A stretch of DNA of 63,102 nt, filler included, from Stramenopiles sp. TOSAG23-3 (Eukaryota), in the NCBI GenBank assembly GCA_900128585.1. It is 13 parts of 13 records of this genome, joined end to end, with 100 filler letters (N's around TTAATTAATTAA, not from the genome) between each part and the next. Parts side by side here need not be neighbours in the genome. Positions count along the whole stretch, not along the records: positions 52,023 to 58,397 come from LT643331.1; positions 58,498 to 59,574 come from LT646541.1; positions 59,675 to 60,750 come from LT646542.1; positions 60,851 to 61,926 come from LT646543.1; positions 62,027 to 63,102 come from LT646544.1; 8 more parts are not named here. One strand, 5' to 3'. The notes beneath the pieces are model-generated. The model saw only the letters and a list, made by a program, of their open reading frames with translations. It ran no database searches and was not told where the DNA came from. This document shows positions 52,619 through 63,102 of the stretch, piece by piece; within the stretch, counting starts at the first letter, position 1; every line of letters starts with the position of its first letter. The position numbers and the translations under genes were made by a program.

Positions 52619-53278
52619 ATGGACGATGCAAGTTTGACCAAGCTCGTTTCTTCTTTGGAGGAGAAAACGGCGAAACGTGGGGGGAAACGTGGAGGGCTCG
52701 GGGTTGGTTCAGAGGCCATGTCGTACAGGTTCGCTGGGGTTAAACGAACGCTTGAAGAGGATGGTAGCATGTCTGTAAAGAGAGATAAGATGAAACGAAC
52801 AATGGGCCATGCTAATTTTTGCTTTGTTAGGTTTGTTAGGGAGGGAGAGGCTCCAGAAACGGAAGGGGCGGGGCCATCGACAATAGCAGACGATCAGAGA
52901 AAAAAGTTTAATGATAGTGACGCGTCGTCTAGCAGCAGTTCCAGCAGCTCTAGCAGTAGTTCAAGCTCCTCGAGTAGCAGTAGTAGCAGCAGCAGCAGCT
53001 CAGACGATGAACCAGCGGCCCAGGCTCCTCCTCCGCCTTCAACGCCCGAGCCGAAAACTGACTGGCGATGGAAACGTGAAATATATAAATGCGCAAAAGT
53101 CATGGGACGGGGGGAGGGGGTGAAAATGAAGGTGTTGCAAAGAAAGGTCATCTCAAAGTACCTGCAGAAGCATATTACCAGTCCAATGACGGACAAAGAG
53201 TTGAAAGATATATTTCAAACAAAGCTAAAGAGCTCCATCAAATTAAAATTGGGCGATGGAAAGGTTTCTTTAAAGTAG
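52619..53278 (+). CDS. Small basic protein with poly-Ser tract and LYAR-like C-terminal winged-helix domain
   Basis: WRWKREIYKC...VKMKVLQRKVISKY...ELKDIFQTKLKS...GKVSL resembles the LYAR C-terminal domain. No LYAR zinc fingers. Confidence 0.55.
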   Translation: MDDASLTKLVSSLEEKTAKRGGKRGGLGVGSEAMSYRFAGVKRTLEEDGSMSVKRDKMKRTMGHANFCFVRFVREGEAPETEGAGPSTIADDQRKKFNDSDASSSSSSSSSSSSSSSSSSSSSSSSSSDDEPAAQAPPPPSTPEPKTDWRWKREIYKCAKVMGRGEGVKMKVLQRKVISKYLQKHITSPMTDKELKDIFQTKLKSSIKLKLGDGKVSLK

Positions 53279-53685
53279 ATTTTTTGTGATGAAACAAGAG
53301 AAATAAACGAAGGAAGTGTGTAGTAAAATCTCAAATCCATTCTTCTTCGCAATACCTATAATTACACTAATAATAATAACAACACACAACAAGAACAACA
53401 ATGTTTTAATAAAATAACTACTTACTATCATTTTAATAATTAATTAAAATAGAATACTACTACTACCACAAACAACAACAACAACAAAAAATAATTTAAA
53501 AAAAAAAAAGAAAAGAAGAAGAAAGAACAGGGGGAGGAGAGGAGGAGGATGAGGGAAGAAGAAGAAGAAGAAGAAGAAGAAGAAGAAGGTCGTGAAAGAG
53601 AAGAAAAAAAGCGCGTATCTTTCACACTTTCTAAACGTATAATGCAAAGGATCTAAAATAAAAAGGAAGAGAAAATCAGAAGGAA

Positions 53686-56600
53686 ATGAAGTACAGAACA
53701 AGGAACAATATTTGTTTGAGAATTACTTGTTTGGAAAAGTTCAGGGCCTTCAGTGGGCACCTACAGAGCGGCATGTACGTATTTTCCCACCTGAGGGTAT
53801 CTGCGGGACCAAATGCCTGCACTTTGCTACGGCACGGGCGGTCATCGGTGCGGCTCTGCTGGCCTGGCACGGCAACAAGGTCGCCGTTTGTAGCCTGCAG
53901 CCGGGGGGGGGGAGGCTTCCATCCTGCAAGTACGCAATCCAGAGCCTCGCCATCGGTAGCGGTGAAATCAGAAACCGACCCTGGTATTTTTGAGACAACC
54001 CTGTACAGTGACCCAGAATACATAAAATTTGCGGACAACGAACCCCACCCAGTGGTCCTCAGACATGTACAGCGTTTTTGGCCGCTGCGCTCGTCTTCTC
54101 GGCGCATGATTCCGCTGTTGGCCCATTCTAGCACAGGAAATCCTCTTGGTTTTGCAACTTCACAGGAGCGGCGAAGCGGAACGTTGTTTGATTTCGTGTG
54201 CGGGGAGAAAGAGCGCTACCCGGACAAAGTATTGCTGGTGCGAGTAGGAGAATTCTACGAAGCGTTCGGGTTTGACGCGATTCTTCTCGTGGAACACTGC
54301 GGGCTTAACCCGATGGGTTCAAAGGCCAGGGCCGGCTTTCCCATAAAAAACATCCAGCAGACACTGGATGGGCTGACGGACGTTGGGTTGAGCGTGGTGG
54401 TCTACGAAGAAGGGGGTGAGGGCACGGTAAAAGGTGAGCCTGGGGACGGGGAGCACATTCCTCGCAGCGGGACCATCAAGAGCCGCTTCTTGTCCCAGAT
54501 TATCACGCCAGGAAGCTCAACGTACATCTATAATTCTGCGCTGAGAACGGATGACATAGAGTACCGAGAAGGGTCATCCTATATTGGCATCCAAATCAGT
54601 GGAGGGGGGGGGGCAGTCGCATCGAGCGTGTCCAATACGAAAAGCGGTAGCCGGGCGGACGGTTCGCTGCACTACACCCTGTACGACGTGCGGCTGGACT
54701 CCAGGCTTGTCCGCATTCACGAACGCCTCACTGAAGATGCAGCACGGTGTATTATTGAGGCGTCGTCTAGAAGCAAACGGCTGGAACATATCTATGGGAA
54801 CCGGGCGGGGCAGTACCTGGGCGCTGGCACGGAACCTGAAGGCATCGAGTACAGCGATGCGCCCGATAGCGTGCGGGGGGGGGGGGGCATGTTCTACGTT
54901 GCAAGGACAGGGGGTGGGGACATCCCAGCTCGGACGAAACGCGTGGTGTTTGGGAATGCGGGAATGAACGGAAACCATGTCGGGGCGATGCGCAGTGGCC
55001 AAGGGAGCGGCATCACCCGCCTTCGGCGTGCAGAAAAAGACCCGCAAGCATTCTTGGAAGAATTCCTAGCGCATTTGGCGAGAGATATGGAAGCGGAAGA
55101 CGTTGCGGACGTTACAAATTTTCGTGTCGTCGGATCGTCGGACCTTTCCGCGGCCGATGACTTCGGGGCTGTGGGGAAACAGCCACGGCCGCTGTACGCC
55201 CCGACGGCGCAACAGCTGGGAATATTGCCATCTGCCCAAGTTCCCGACTTGGTCAGCTACTTGCTTCCCCCGAGCGATTCCCCAAGCAGTGCTCGCGACT
55301 ATTTGCGGCGCTGGCTGCTGCGCCCCCCACCTTACAAAATTGCTGACCAAATGCAATCTTTGCTGAAAGGTCTGACATCTATGAATCATGGGCTGCCGCC
55401 CCTGCGCACCGTGGTCAGCACTGGGAAAATGGTCAGTCTGGTGTACTCCAAGCAAGCAAATGCAAACTTGTTTCGCGATGTGGCAGAGCTGTTGGAGTCC
55501 GTCATATCTATATTAGACTCTACAAATGAGGATACCGCCGGACTCTTGTCGCCGTTGACGGCCATCGTTAGTTATGAGTGTGGTTTTACAGTAGAACCCG
55601 TTCAATTGCGGGAGGATACGAAAGATGCACTGAGGGAGATCGACAGAACTGTCAGAAGACAAAACTTTGTTCCAGAAGCAGACTGGGCCCCGACCGTCGA
55701 AGAATCTGGCTGCAACGTTTCCTCTGCTGCATATGAATCGCTTCGAGACATGTTTATAAGCGGGAAAGAAAATGGGAGGGGGGCGCCCAGCGGCGATCCA
55801 AGCCCTGGTTTTTTTCTGGACAACATGTTCAGGAAGAATGAATACGACTTCCGAAGTGCCGTGATTCCAACTGCCTCTCGTACACTGGAGGATTATTTTC
55901 ACAAGGTCAATGTTGCACGGACGGAGCTAATTGAATCTATCCGTGCAGATCTCGTGGCACCCTTTCAAAATAGAGAAGGCCAAAAGGCTGGGCTGTCGCC
56001 CTTTTTTTCTTCTGGGAATGAACTAAAGTACGACATGCTGAATAACAAAATCATGTTTTACAAGAAGCCGGCGGCAGCTACTGGACAAGAAAACACCGCC
56101 CCCGAGTGGGTCCACCCACTTGACCGGCTCGGGCGGCAGATGCCAGCACGGTTTACCACAAAATCCATAGAGGTGGCCACATCCAACTACTTAGGAGCGT
56201 GCGAAGACGCAAGGGTTGCGGCTCGAGCTGAGCTGCGAAGTCTCAGTGCCCGCTTCGTTCAAAAACAACATTTGTTGGCGTCGGTCGCGTCCGTCCAATT
56301 CAACGAAACTTTGCTTGCCGTCAGCCTGCATGCCCGGGAGGCGTCCAGGAAACAGTGGGAAATACCAGCGTTGGAGCGTCTCTATAGTAGCGCAATCGAA
56401 GAGAATGGGTATGGGGAAAGCGCCAACAATCGCTCCCGTATACAATTGAGCCTGCCGAACCTGGTGCCTTACTGGCTGTCTGCACAAGATGGCGCCGTTG
56501 AAAACACCATTGAGCTCCAGGGCCAATGGCTGCTCACTGGCTCGAATATGTCCGGGAAGTCCACCCTGTTGAGGAGCGTCACCGCTGCGGCTTTGCTTGC

Positions 56601-57660
56601 GAATTGTGGGCTGGCCGTTCCGATTCGTCGGATCCGCGCGGAATTATCGGACAGAGATATTGGCCACAAAAACATTGACGAGGTGCCCATCCCGCGTATC
56701 GATGGTTTTTTTCTAAGAACGAACGGGGCAGACTGTCCGTCGGAAGGTTTGAGCGCATTTGCTCTGGAAGCGGACGACATGCGGATACTGCTGCGTGACC
56801 TGACGCCCAGGTCCATTGCCGCCGTCGATGAACTTGGTCGGGGCACCTCCCCGCAGGAAGGTGCTGCCATTGTTGGTGCCATCCTTGAAGAATTAGACCG
56901 ACGGGGTTGTGCGTCTATTTTTGCAACACATTTGCACGCCGAACTTTCCCGTTTGATGGATTGTGGTAGCCCCGGGGAGACGAACTCGCTGCAGTTTCAC
57001 AACACTACTTTTAAAGCCATGGCTGTCGTTGCGGACGACATGGAACATGGAAACGTAAGCTGGACGTACAAGTTAATCGAGGGCATGTCAAAAAATGCGC
57101 ATTCCATTGCTACCGCAAGGGCCCATCGAGTTCCAGAATATGTACTGGAGCGCGCAACCGAACTTCAAAAGATAGAAGGCCCCTGCACAGACGCTTCTTC
57201 CCCTCTCGTTAGAAGAGGGGACGAGGCTGGCAGTGCTGTGGCAGAGTGCGAGGATTCGCCCCCTATCCCTTCGTCTGTTTCTATCGATACCGTAATGGGT
57301 GCGTTGCAGGGCACTTCTTTTTATGCGGAGAACGAACACAAGCTTGGGACGACAGTCATTTTGGATAATGGATGGGAGCCGCCCCCTCGCATGGCAGAGA
57401 ACGTGCCGTGTGTGTACGTTCTTCTGATAGAGCCTCTGGGGGATTTGTACGTTGGAGAAACGGTATCTTTAAGCCAACGATTAAAGCAGCACCGGAGCCG
57501 ATATGGTAGCAAATTGAATAAAATTGGGGTAATCCCGGTGGAGGATGGCAACGGACGATCAACCCAGAGGAGCAGGATGGACGCGAAATATTTAGAAACA
57601 TACTTCATCAATTTTCTCCAACGCACGGGCTTCAATTTGGTCAATGTCAAACAAGAGTGA
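53686..57660 (+). CDS. MSH1: Plant-type organellar MutS homolog with C-terminal GIY-YIG nuclease
   Basis: RVGEFYEAFGFDAILLVEHCGLNPMG..ARAGFP (MutS domain I with FxE), LLTGSNMSGKST, SAFALE, VDELGRGT, FATHLH, CVYVL...LYVGET...RLKQHR (GIY-YIG). N-terminus resembles a presequence; true start may be 53773. Confidence 0.95.
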   Translation: MKYRTRNNICLRITCLEKFRAFSGHLQSGMYVFSHLRVSAGPNACTLLRHGRSSVRLCWPGTATRSPFVACSRGGGGFHPASTQSRASPSVAVKSETDPGIFETTLYSDPEYIKFADNEPHPVVLRHVQRFWPLRSSSRRMIPLLAHSSTGNPLGFATSQERRSGTLFDFVCGEKERYPDKVLLVRVGEFYEAFGFDAILLVEHCGLNPMGSKARAGFPIKNIQQTLDGLTDVGLSVVVYEEGGEGTVKGEPGDGEHIPRSGTIKSRFLSQIITPGSSTYIYNSALRTDDIEYREGSSYIGIQISGGGGAVASSVSNTKSGSRADGSLHYTLYDVRLDSRLVRIHERLTEDAARCIIEASSRSKRLEHIYGNRAGQYLGAGTEPEGIEYSDAPDSVRGGGGMFYVARTGGGDIPARTKRVVFGNAGMNGNHVGAMRSGQGSGITRLRRAEKDPQAFLEEFLAHLARDMEAEDVADVTNFRVVGSSDLSAADDFGAVGKQPRPLYAPTAQQLGILPSAQVPDLVSYLLPPSDSPSSARDYLRRWLLRPPPYKIADQMQSLLKGLTSMNHGLPPLRTVVSTGKMVSLVYSKQANANLFRDVAELLESVISILDSTNEDTAGLLSPLTAIVSYECGFTVEPVQLREDTKDALREIDRTVRRQNFVPEADWAPTVEESGCNVSSAAYESLRDMFISGKENGRGAPSGDPSPGFFLDNMFRKNEYDFRSAVIPTASRTLEDYFHKVNVARTELIESIRADLVAPFQNREGQKAGLSPFFSSGNELKYDMLNNKIMFYKKPAAATGQENTAPEWVHPLDRLGRQMPARFTTKSIEVATSNYLGACEDARVAARAELRSLSARFVQKQHLLASVASVQFNETLLAVSLHAREASRKQWEIPALERLYSSAIEENGYGESANNRSRIQLSLPNLVPYWLSAQDGAVENTIELQGQWLLTGSNMSGKSTLLRSVTAAALLANCGLAVPIRRIRAELSDRDIGHKNIDEVPIPRIDGFFLRTNGADCPSEGLSAFALEADDMRILLRDLTPRSIAAVDELGRGTSPQEGAAIVGAILEELDRRGCASIFATHLHAELSRLMDCGSPGETNSLQFHNTTFKAMAVVADDMEHGNVSWTYKLIEGMSKNAHSIATARAHRVPEYVLERATELQKIEGPCTDASSPLVRRGDEAGSAVAECEDSPPIPSSVSIDTVMGALQGTSFYAENEHKLGTTVILDNGWEPPPRMAENVPCVYVLLIEPLGDLYVGETVSLSQRLKQHRSRYGSKLNKIGVIPVEDGNGRSTQRSRMDAKYLETYFINFLQRTGFNLVNVKQE

Positions 57661-58497
57661 GCTGAGCGTCCTGGACTTTCCTAGTTGTTTGCCAAACTTC
57701 AGGATATTAGTAAAGAGAGTAGGAGGATATTAGTAGAAGCGAAAGTTTTCGATTGTACATTACCCGTAAACCTTTGCAACACGATTTAAAAGCGTTTTAA
57801 TATTTATTAATTAAGCATTTCGTAAATCTAAACACTCTTAAAAAACCCCTCCCCCATTTACTAAGCCCCCCTGTCAAGACAAGGACTCCAGTTGCAATTC
57901 TGCCCTACGTTTGTGGCTAACGTCGTGGAGATTCTACTGACAGAGAGCCTGGTTCGAACGAGAGTTAGAAGATAGCATATTCCAGAAGAAAGAGTTTTCA
58001 GGAGAGTAATAATGCTTTGTTATAGTTGTTTAAAGCGCATTTACAGTGTACAAAATTTATTTTTGTACGTATTATAGATTAAGTGTTACAAAACCAGGGT
58101 CTGGCACCCGCCCTCTTTGCCATTATTAGACGGGGAGGGCAAAGGTTTTCAAGGGGTTGTGGTACTTGCGAAAGGGCGTGCCGGTGGTGGATCCAAACAG
58201 CTAGGAGAAGGAACTGAAACTTTTCGGGACACCTTTAAAGCTTTTGTTTTGTATATAAGAACGTGGTTTGAGGATGGTTAGACTGTTTTTTTTGTTGAAA
58301 GTCAGAATATATTTGTAGTGTAATATTGCATGGGAACGTGCGCGGCGGCCATTTGTAGGGTGTTTGTTGGTAGGGCATGGGGTTGAGTGTGTGGGTGNNN
58401 NNNNNNNNNNNNNNNNNNNNNNNNNNNNNNNNNNNNNNNNNTTAATTAATTAANNNNNNNNNNNNNNNNNNNNNNNNNNNNNNNNNNNNNNNNNNNN

Positions 58498-58612
58498 AGA
58501 CTATGCAGTACGGATCGGCCCAACCGACCGTGTCGACTTTCTTCAAGTTGTCTGCCCCCATGACACGTATGTGGAGCACTTGGTGAGCCGTGTCAGCCGC
58601 TTGTTCTGCCAT
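58498..58612 (-). CDS. 3'-partial C2-domain protein (not in the ORF track)
   Basis: ATG at 58612 reads MAEQAADTAHQVLHIRVMGADNLKKVDTVGWADPYCIV to the contig end, a typical C2 start (LxxxVxxAxxLxxxDxxGxxDPY). Confidence 0.75.
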
Positions 58613-59128
58613 GGTCTACTCTGTATCTCCTTGCTTGGCGACGCGAAAGTAGTGAGCTACAAATAACGATGGACAAAGAACCCCGTTAATTGTACATGAA
58701 CGAATGTACTCTTGGTGTTTTCAAATTGTAAACCCAACTTTCACCGTTCGAATCGAAGCTCAGAAAGAAGTTGTGGATCCTACCAACAATCAATCCAAAC
58801 AGTAATGTTCAACAAATTCTTTACATGTGCTAAAATGCAACGAGGGGTACAGAAAGAAGAAATAATTATTGTTGCGGTGTTGTTGTGGTCGATCATCAGA
58901 TTTTAGCAGTAGTATCCCAACTCATTCCTATTTAAGGTATATAAATATATATATATATTAATAATAAAACCATTTATTATATCAAATTAAAATAAATAAT
59001 AATATATAACCCTTAATTAATCAAAGAAACCCCATTTTAATTCCAAGATATTCTTTCTTTGTTTAGATAGTACTTACAATTTTAACTCCACACAGCACAC
59101 AACTTGTTTTTGTACAAGTTAAAATCAT

Positions 59129-59286
59129 CTTTCTTTGTTTCTTTGTTTCTTTGTTTCTTTGTTTCTTTCTTTCTTTTTTTCTTTGTTTCTTTGTTTCTTT
59201 GTTTCTTTCTTTCTTTGTTTCTTTGTTTCCTTCCTTCTTTCTTTCTTTCTTTCTTTCGACTCTTTCTTTCTTTCTTTCTTTCTTTC
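59129..59286. repeat. (TTTC)/(TTTG) compound microsatellite
   Basis: Directly visible. Confidence 0.95.
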
Positions 59287-59674
59287 GAGGTTGGTTTGGT
59301 GTTTGGTATAATATTTATATATTAGTTCTAGTCTTTAATGCTGTATAGATATATGTATAGAAGATGTTGTTCATTCTTCTTCCTATTTACGGAATTAAGA
59401 AATAAGAAACAACATTATTTGTTTGACGTTTGACGTTTGACCTCGCGCCGACGCTGTCGTCTCAGGAGCAGCCCCACCCCACCGCCGCCACACTTCTTCA
59501 TTCTAGAAGAAAGAAGAAAATGAAGAAGAAGAAGAACGAAGAAGACAGAAGAAAAGAGAAGAAAGAAGAAAAGANNNNNNNNNNNNNNNNNNNNNNNNNN
59601 NNNNNNNNNNNNNNNNNNTTAATTAATTAANNNNNNNNNNNNNNNNNNNNNNNNNNNNNNNNNNNNNNNNNNNN

Positions 59675-60750
59675 GCGTCGTCATCGGCACTGTCATGGTC
59701 AACAACCTTGCTCTCATCTACCACCTCATCGGTTTCAGCGTTGTCATCTTCTTGGGCGGACTGGCCATCCTCGGACTTCTCCTCCTCCATTTCATCGTTG
59801 TCGACCGATTCGTTGCCACTCGCTTCTTCATTTATATCATTTTCGGGAAGCGAACCCCCGCCTGGCTTTTCCTGGTTGTTTGATGTACCTGGTCGACTCG
59901 ATGATTCAGAAAAAATTCCGGTCATGGCAGTCCCGGGGCGACTGAACCCGTGCTCTGAGTCATCATTGTCATCGTCGGAATCCGCCGAGCTCCGTCTGGC
60001 GACTATTGAGGCAGCCTCAGGGGTAATGACTTCGCTCACTGGAGGCGGAAGTTCCAATTTTATACGCTCTTGAGGTGTGCCAATGCGAACAAAACTCTCA
60101 AACTCATTGCGCTGCAAGGTTTGCCGTGGTTTCTTAACTAAACCAGATTGCCACATAGAATACGTTGACGACAACAACGACTCTTTGCGAGGGTCATACG
60201 ACGATTTGTAGTGCGTCGCAGCTTTGAAACTTTCGTTCAATTTTGTCGGGCTCACCAATTGCATTTTCTCCATTAAGGGGTTGGTTGTTCGATTTCTAAT
60301 TCCCCTTTTCAAATATAAATATTTGTCTCTGTAAGGATAATCCGGCGCATCCTCGAGTTTTGGGGCCTCTTCTTCTTCTACTGGTTCCGACTTGGTACTC
60401 TCGGAATTCGCGGATTCCTCACTGTTGTCCTCTTCATCTGAATTGGAATTCTCCTCTTCCTCAGCAACCGTTTTCTTCTGCTCATCGCTGGCTTGCTTTG
60501 GGGCCGCAGAAGGTTCCCCCGGCTCACCATTATAATGGCCTTCGTAGATAGATTTGTCTTTGTACAAAATGTATACAGCTCCACAAGGTCGCCCGTTTTC
60601 AAAAAAGCCTTCTATGGTGTGGTAGATTGCCCAGGTTTTTCTGTTTGCTTGTGAAGATGGGGTTGCATAGAGGTCGCCTTTTAAAAAAATCGCGTATCCT
60701 TGGCCATGAGGCTGGCCTTTTTTGTTCCATGTGCCATGGTACATTGCTAG
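59675..60750 (-). CDS. Internal fragment of a MORN-repeat-like protein with acidic low-complexity regions
   Basis: Frame spans the whole fragment. YHGTWNKKGQPHGQG and IEGFFENGRPCG resemble MORN units. Confidence 0.6.
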
Positions 60751-60852
60751 NNNNNNNNNNNNNNNNNNNNNNNNNNNNNNNNNNNNNNNNNNNNTTAATT
60801 AATTAANNNNNNNNNNNNNNNNNNNNNNNNNNNNNNNNNNNNNNNNNNNNTG

Positions 60853-61527
60853 TGCCTGCTTTACCTGCGTTACTTTTTGGTGGGCGGTATCATTTATGGC
60901 AGCAATTCTATTCTCGCAATCTACTTTCAAGGCACCGTGCAAGTAACGGACTTGGCAGAGAATCTAGGGGCGGACGGCCTACAAGGAAGCTCGGTGAAAG
61001 AGGTTCCATTCTTCTACCTTACTGTCGACTTGCCGAAAACGACAGGGCTCTTCTCAGATGGAAGGAAAGGTGTCCTAGGGCAATTCCTGCTCGAAGATCT
61101 TTTGAAAAAGTTTGATGGGGAAACGGTTTCGGTGGTGGCATCGAAGCAGTCGGTGGCCAAGAAGAAGTACGCCATAACCAAGTCGCCACCATACTTACTG
61201 CTTCACGTTCAGCGTTTTACAAAAAACAATTTTTTTGTGGAGAAAAACAACAGCATCGTAAAGTTTCCCATCGCAGGTCTCCACTTTCATAATTCCGAGT
61301 ACGACCTTCTCGCGAGCGTTGTTCACACGTTACCAGACGGCGTTAAAATTGGCGAAGACCCCAGCGGTGGCCATGATATTGGATCGTACAAAGTTCACGT
61401 ACAACATGAAGGCGATGACAAAACATTTTGGATGGAGATCGAAGACTTACGGGTTACTAAAATCATGCCTCAATTGGTCAGTTTAGCAGAAACATCCATT
61501 TTACTCTATAAAAAACGTCATGAATAA
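60853..61527 (+). CDS. USP39: 5'-partial U4/U6.U5 tri-snRNP-associated protein 2 (inactive USP)
   Basis: PFFYLTVDLP...LF, LLKKFDGET, PPYLLLHVQRFTKNNFFVEKN, YDLLASVVH, WMEIEDLRVTKIMPQLVSLAET match the USP39/Sad1 C-terminus. Confidence 0.9.
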   Translation, partial: CLLYLRYFLVGGIIYGSNSILAIYFQGTVQVTDLAENLGADGLQGSSVKEVPFFYLTVDLPKTTGLFSDGRKGVLGQFLLEDLLKKFDGETVSVVASKQSVAKKKYAITKSPPYLLLHVQRFTKNNFFVEKNNSIVKFPIAGLHFHNSEYDLLASVVHTLPDGVKIGEDPSGGHDIGSYKVHVQHEGDDKTFWMEIEDLRVTKIMPQLVSLAETSILLYKKRHE

Positions 61528-62038
61528 TTTAATAATAATGTACAATTATTTGCTTTTTTTATACTACCCAATAATATTCCCAATATTAACACCCTATTTT
61601 AAACACTAATCATGCCTTCGGTGTTCTTCATACTCCACTATTTAATTATAAATACTCAAATCGGTATTCTAATAAATTTGTTCTAAGAAGCTCTTTTATG
61701 TTCGAACTCATAGTCGTCTATCTATCATCATCATCATCAAGATGATTTTTGACAAAAAAAAATAAATGATATAATACTACAACAACATTTGTATCTTAGA
61801 AGTAATATAATCACAGTACAGTTTCATGTGAATTATTGTTGTTGGTTTTTAATAATAATAATAATCCTATTGGTGGTTTTGATTAGTAAATTTTTTCACC
61901 CCCCCCCCCCCCCCCCCCCCCCCCCCNNNNNNNNNNNNNNNNNNNNNNNNNNNNNNNNNNNNNNNNNNNNTTAATTAATTAANNNNNNNNNNNNNNNNNN
62001 NNNNNNNNNNNNNNNNNNNNNNNNNNTGACATAAAAAT

Positions 62039-62923
62039 ATGACTAGTGAGGCTTGGCAATGTCCCACGTGTTTCAACTCGAAAAACACTAGCTACGATGC
62101 ATTTTGTACTACTTGTAAACGACCGGCCCCAGAGGGAACGTACTTGTTGAACCGAACACAGAAAGGCGATCGCTTTGATAGGCTTTTGATGCTAAGCAGT
62201 GATAGTGAAGAAAGTGAAGACGAAGAAGAGCTAGAGCGGGAGCGGGAGGAAAAGTTGGAAAACGAGAGACGCGAAAAAGCGGAAGCGGACGCAATAGCAA
62301 AAAAGAAAGCGGAAGAAGCGGCTAGGATTGCGGCCATCAAAGTTTGGGCTTGTAAGATGTGTGGATTGAAAGATAATTTGTGGGATAATATTGCTTGTAG
62401 AGTATGCGGTCGTGCAAAACCTGGATGCGAAGACCAAGTGAAGGCTGGACCAAAGAGACCTAAGCATTTTAAAAGCGAATGGCCAGATTCCCGCAGGATT
62501 GCACGAAGGGTAACGGTGAAGTGGACGATGCACAACGGGAAAAGTAAACGAGATGTACCAAAGAATATGGTTATTTTTGATGGAATGGGATCTGATGACA
62601 AGATAAAACGACTGAAAGAGCGTATCACAGAAAAATGGCGAATTCCATCAAAGGATCAAACGCTAACGGCGCCATCCTTTAAGAGACGGTTGCTGGATGA
62701 TATGTTCCTTGATGAACTGAAAGACATTGTCCCAGCTGAAGAATGGGGCCCGTCGTATGCAATTTTTTTGTCCACCTTCCGGGTAAGTAAGAGGGCGCTA
62801 CGAGAGAGGAAAAAGAAGTCTAAGTGGGGCAATGTAAAGAGTCATGTAAAAACGCACAGAAGTTTCAATGAAAATGCAACTGTGAAGGTAATTCAACACT
62901 TTAAAATTCGTGGGGAGGATTAA
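62039..62923 (+). CDS. Protein with two RanBP2/NZF-type zinc fingers and a ubiquitin-like domain
   Basis: WQCPTC...N...CTTC and WACKMC...N...CRVC; DKIKRLKERITEKWRIPSKDQTL...LLDD is ubiquitin-like. Confidence 0.7.
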   Translation: MTSEAWQCPTCFNSKNTSYDAFCTTCKRPAPEGTYLLNRTQKGDRFDRLLMLSSDSEESEDEEELEREREEKLENERREKAEADAIAKKKAEEAARIAAIKVWACKMCGLKDNLWDNIACRVCGRAKPGCEDQVKAGPKRPKHFKSEWPDSRRIARRVTVKWTMHNGKSKRDVPKNMVIFDGMGSDDKIKRLKERITEKWRIPSKDQTLTAPSFKRRLLDDMFLDELKDIVPAEEWGPSYAIFLSTFRVSKRALRERKKKSKWGNVKSHVKTHRSFNENATVKVIQHFKIRGED

Positions 62924-63102
62924 GAACTTTAGTTCATAATTTTAAATTTTGAAGAAAAAAAACCTAAGATTTAATTTTCTTTTTTCTATCTTTGAACGCG
63001 TCCGTAATCAAAAAAAAAATTTTAAAACTAATGATATAGTATGTTTTAAGACTCTCAAGATTATCCCAATTGTAAAACTGATCTAATTTTGCAACTGCTA
63101 AA

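Noticed and set aside
57668-57880. Minus-strand GGAAAGTCC and GGGGCTTA resembling RNase P/MRP CR-I and CR-V
   Set aside because: They are in the wrong 5'-3' order on that strand, and no matching P4 partner was found.
6472-61982. TTAATTAATTAA recurring about every 6.5 kb (possible repeat array or CRISPR-like periodicity)
   Set aside because: Always embedded in N44 blocks; it is an artificial concatenation linker, and the periodicity reflects length-sorted contigs.
1-63102. tRNA, rRNA, CRISPR arrays, telomeric arrays
   Set aside because: None recognised; only isolated TTAGGG/CCCTAA-like hexamers, not arrays.

Overview
This window is not one locus. It is 13 unrelated assembly fragments joined by artificial 100-nt linkers (N44-TTAATTAATTAA-N44): nine of about 6.4 kb and four of about 1.08 kb, in descending length order. 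Gene adjacency therefore means something only within a fragment. The DNA is eukaryotic. Long, apparently intronless, GC-richer ORFs sit among very AT-rich, microsatellite-laden spacers. Gene content (CDC45, TFIIF-beta, UBA5, USP39/SAD1, flagellar DNAAF1, plant-type MSH1, MLO, leishmanolysin) fits a flagellated protist, plausibly a stramenopile (inference). Two candidate novel systems stand out. (1) A >1800-aa protein joins WG/GW Argonaute-hook-like repeats, several DCL/DUF3223 domains, a cyanobacterial-plasmid-like Toprim primase module and an RNase III domain, suggesting an unusual RNA-silencing enzyme. (2) A three-gene cluster (Baeyer-Villiger monooxygenase, cytochrome P450, short-chain dehydrogenase) has a peroxisomal PTS1 on every product, suggesting a peroxisomal hydroxylation -> ketone -> ester/lactone pathway. 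Other unusual architectures are leishmanolysin-tetraspanin, MDP-1-endonuclease V, MLO-EF-hand next to a calmodulin-like gene, RING-reelin-multiTM-CHORD and PDZ-RGS-DENN. All family calls come from motif recognition by eye, not from database searches.
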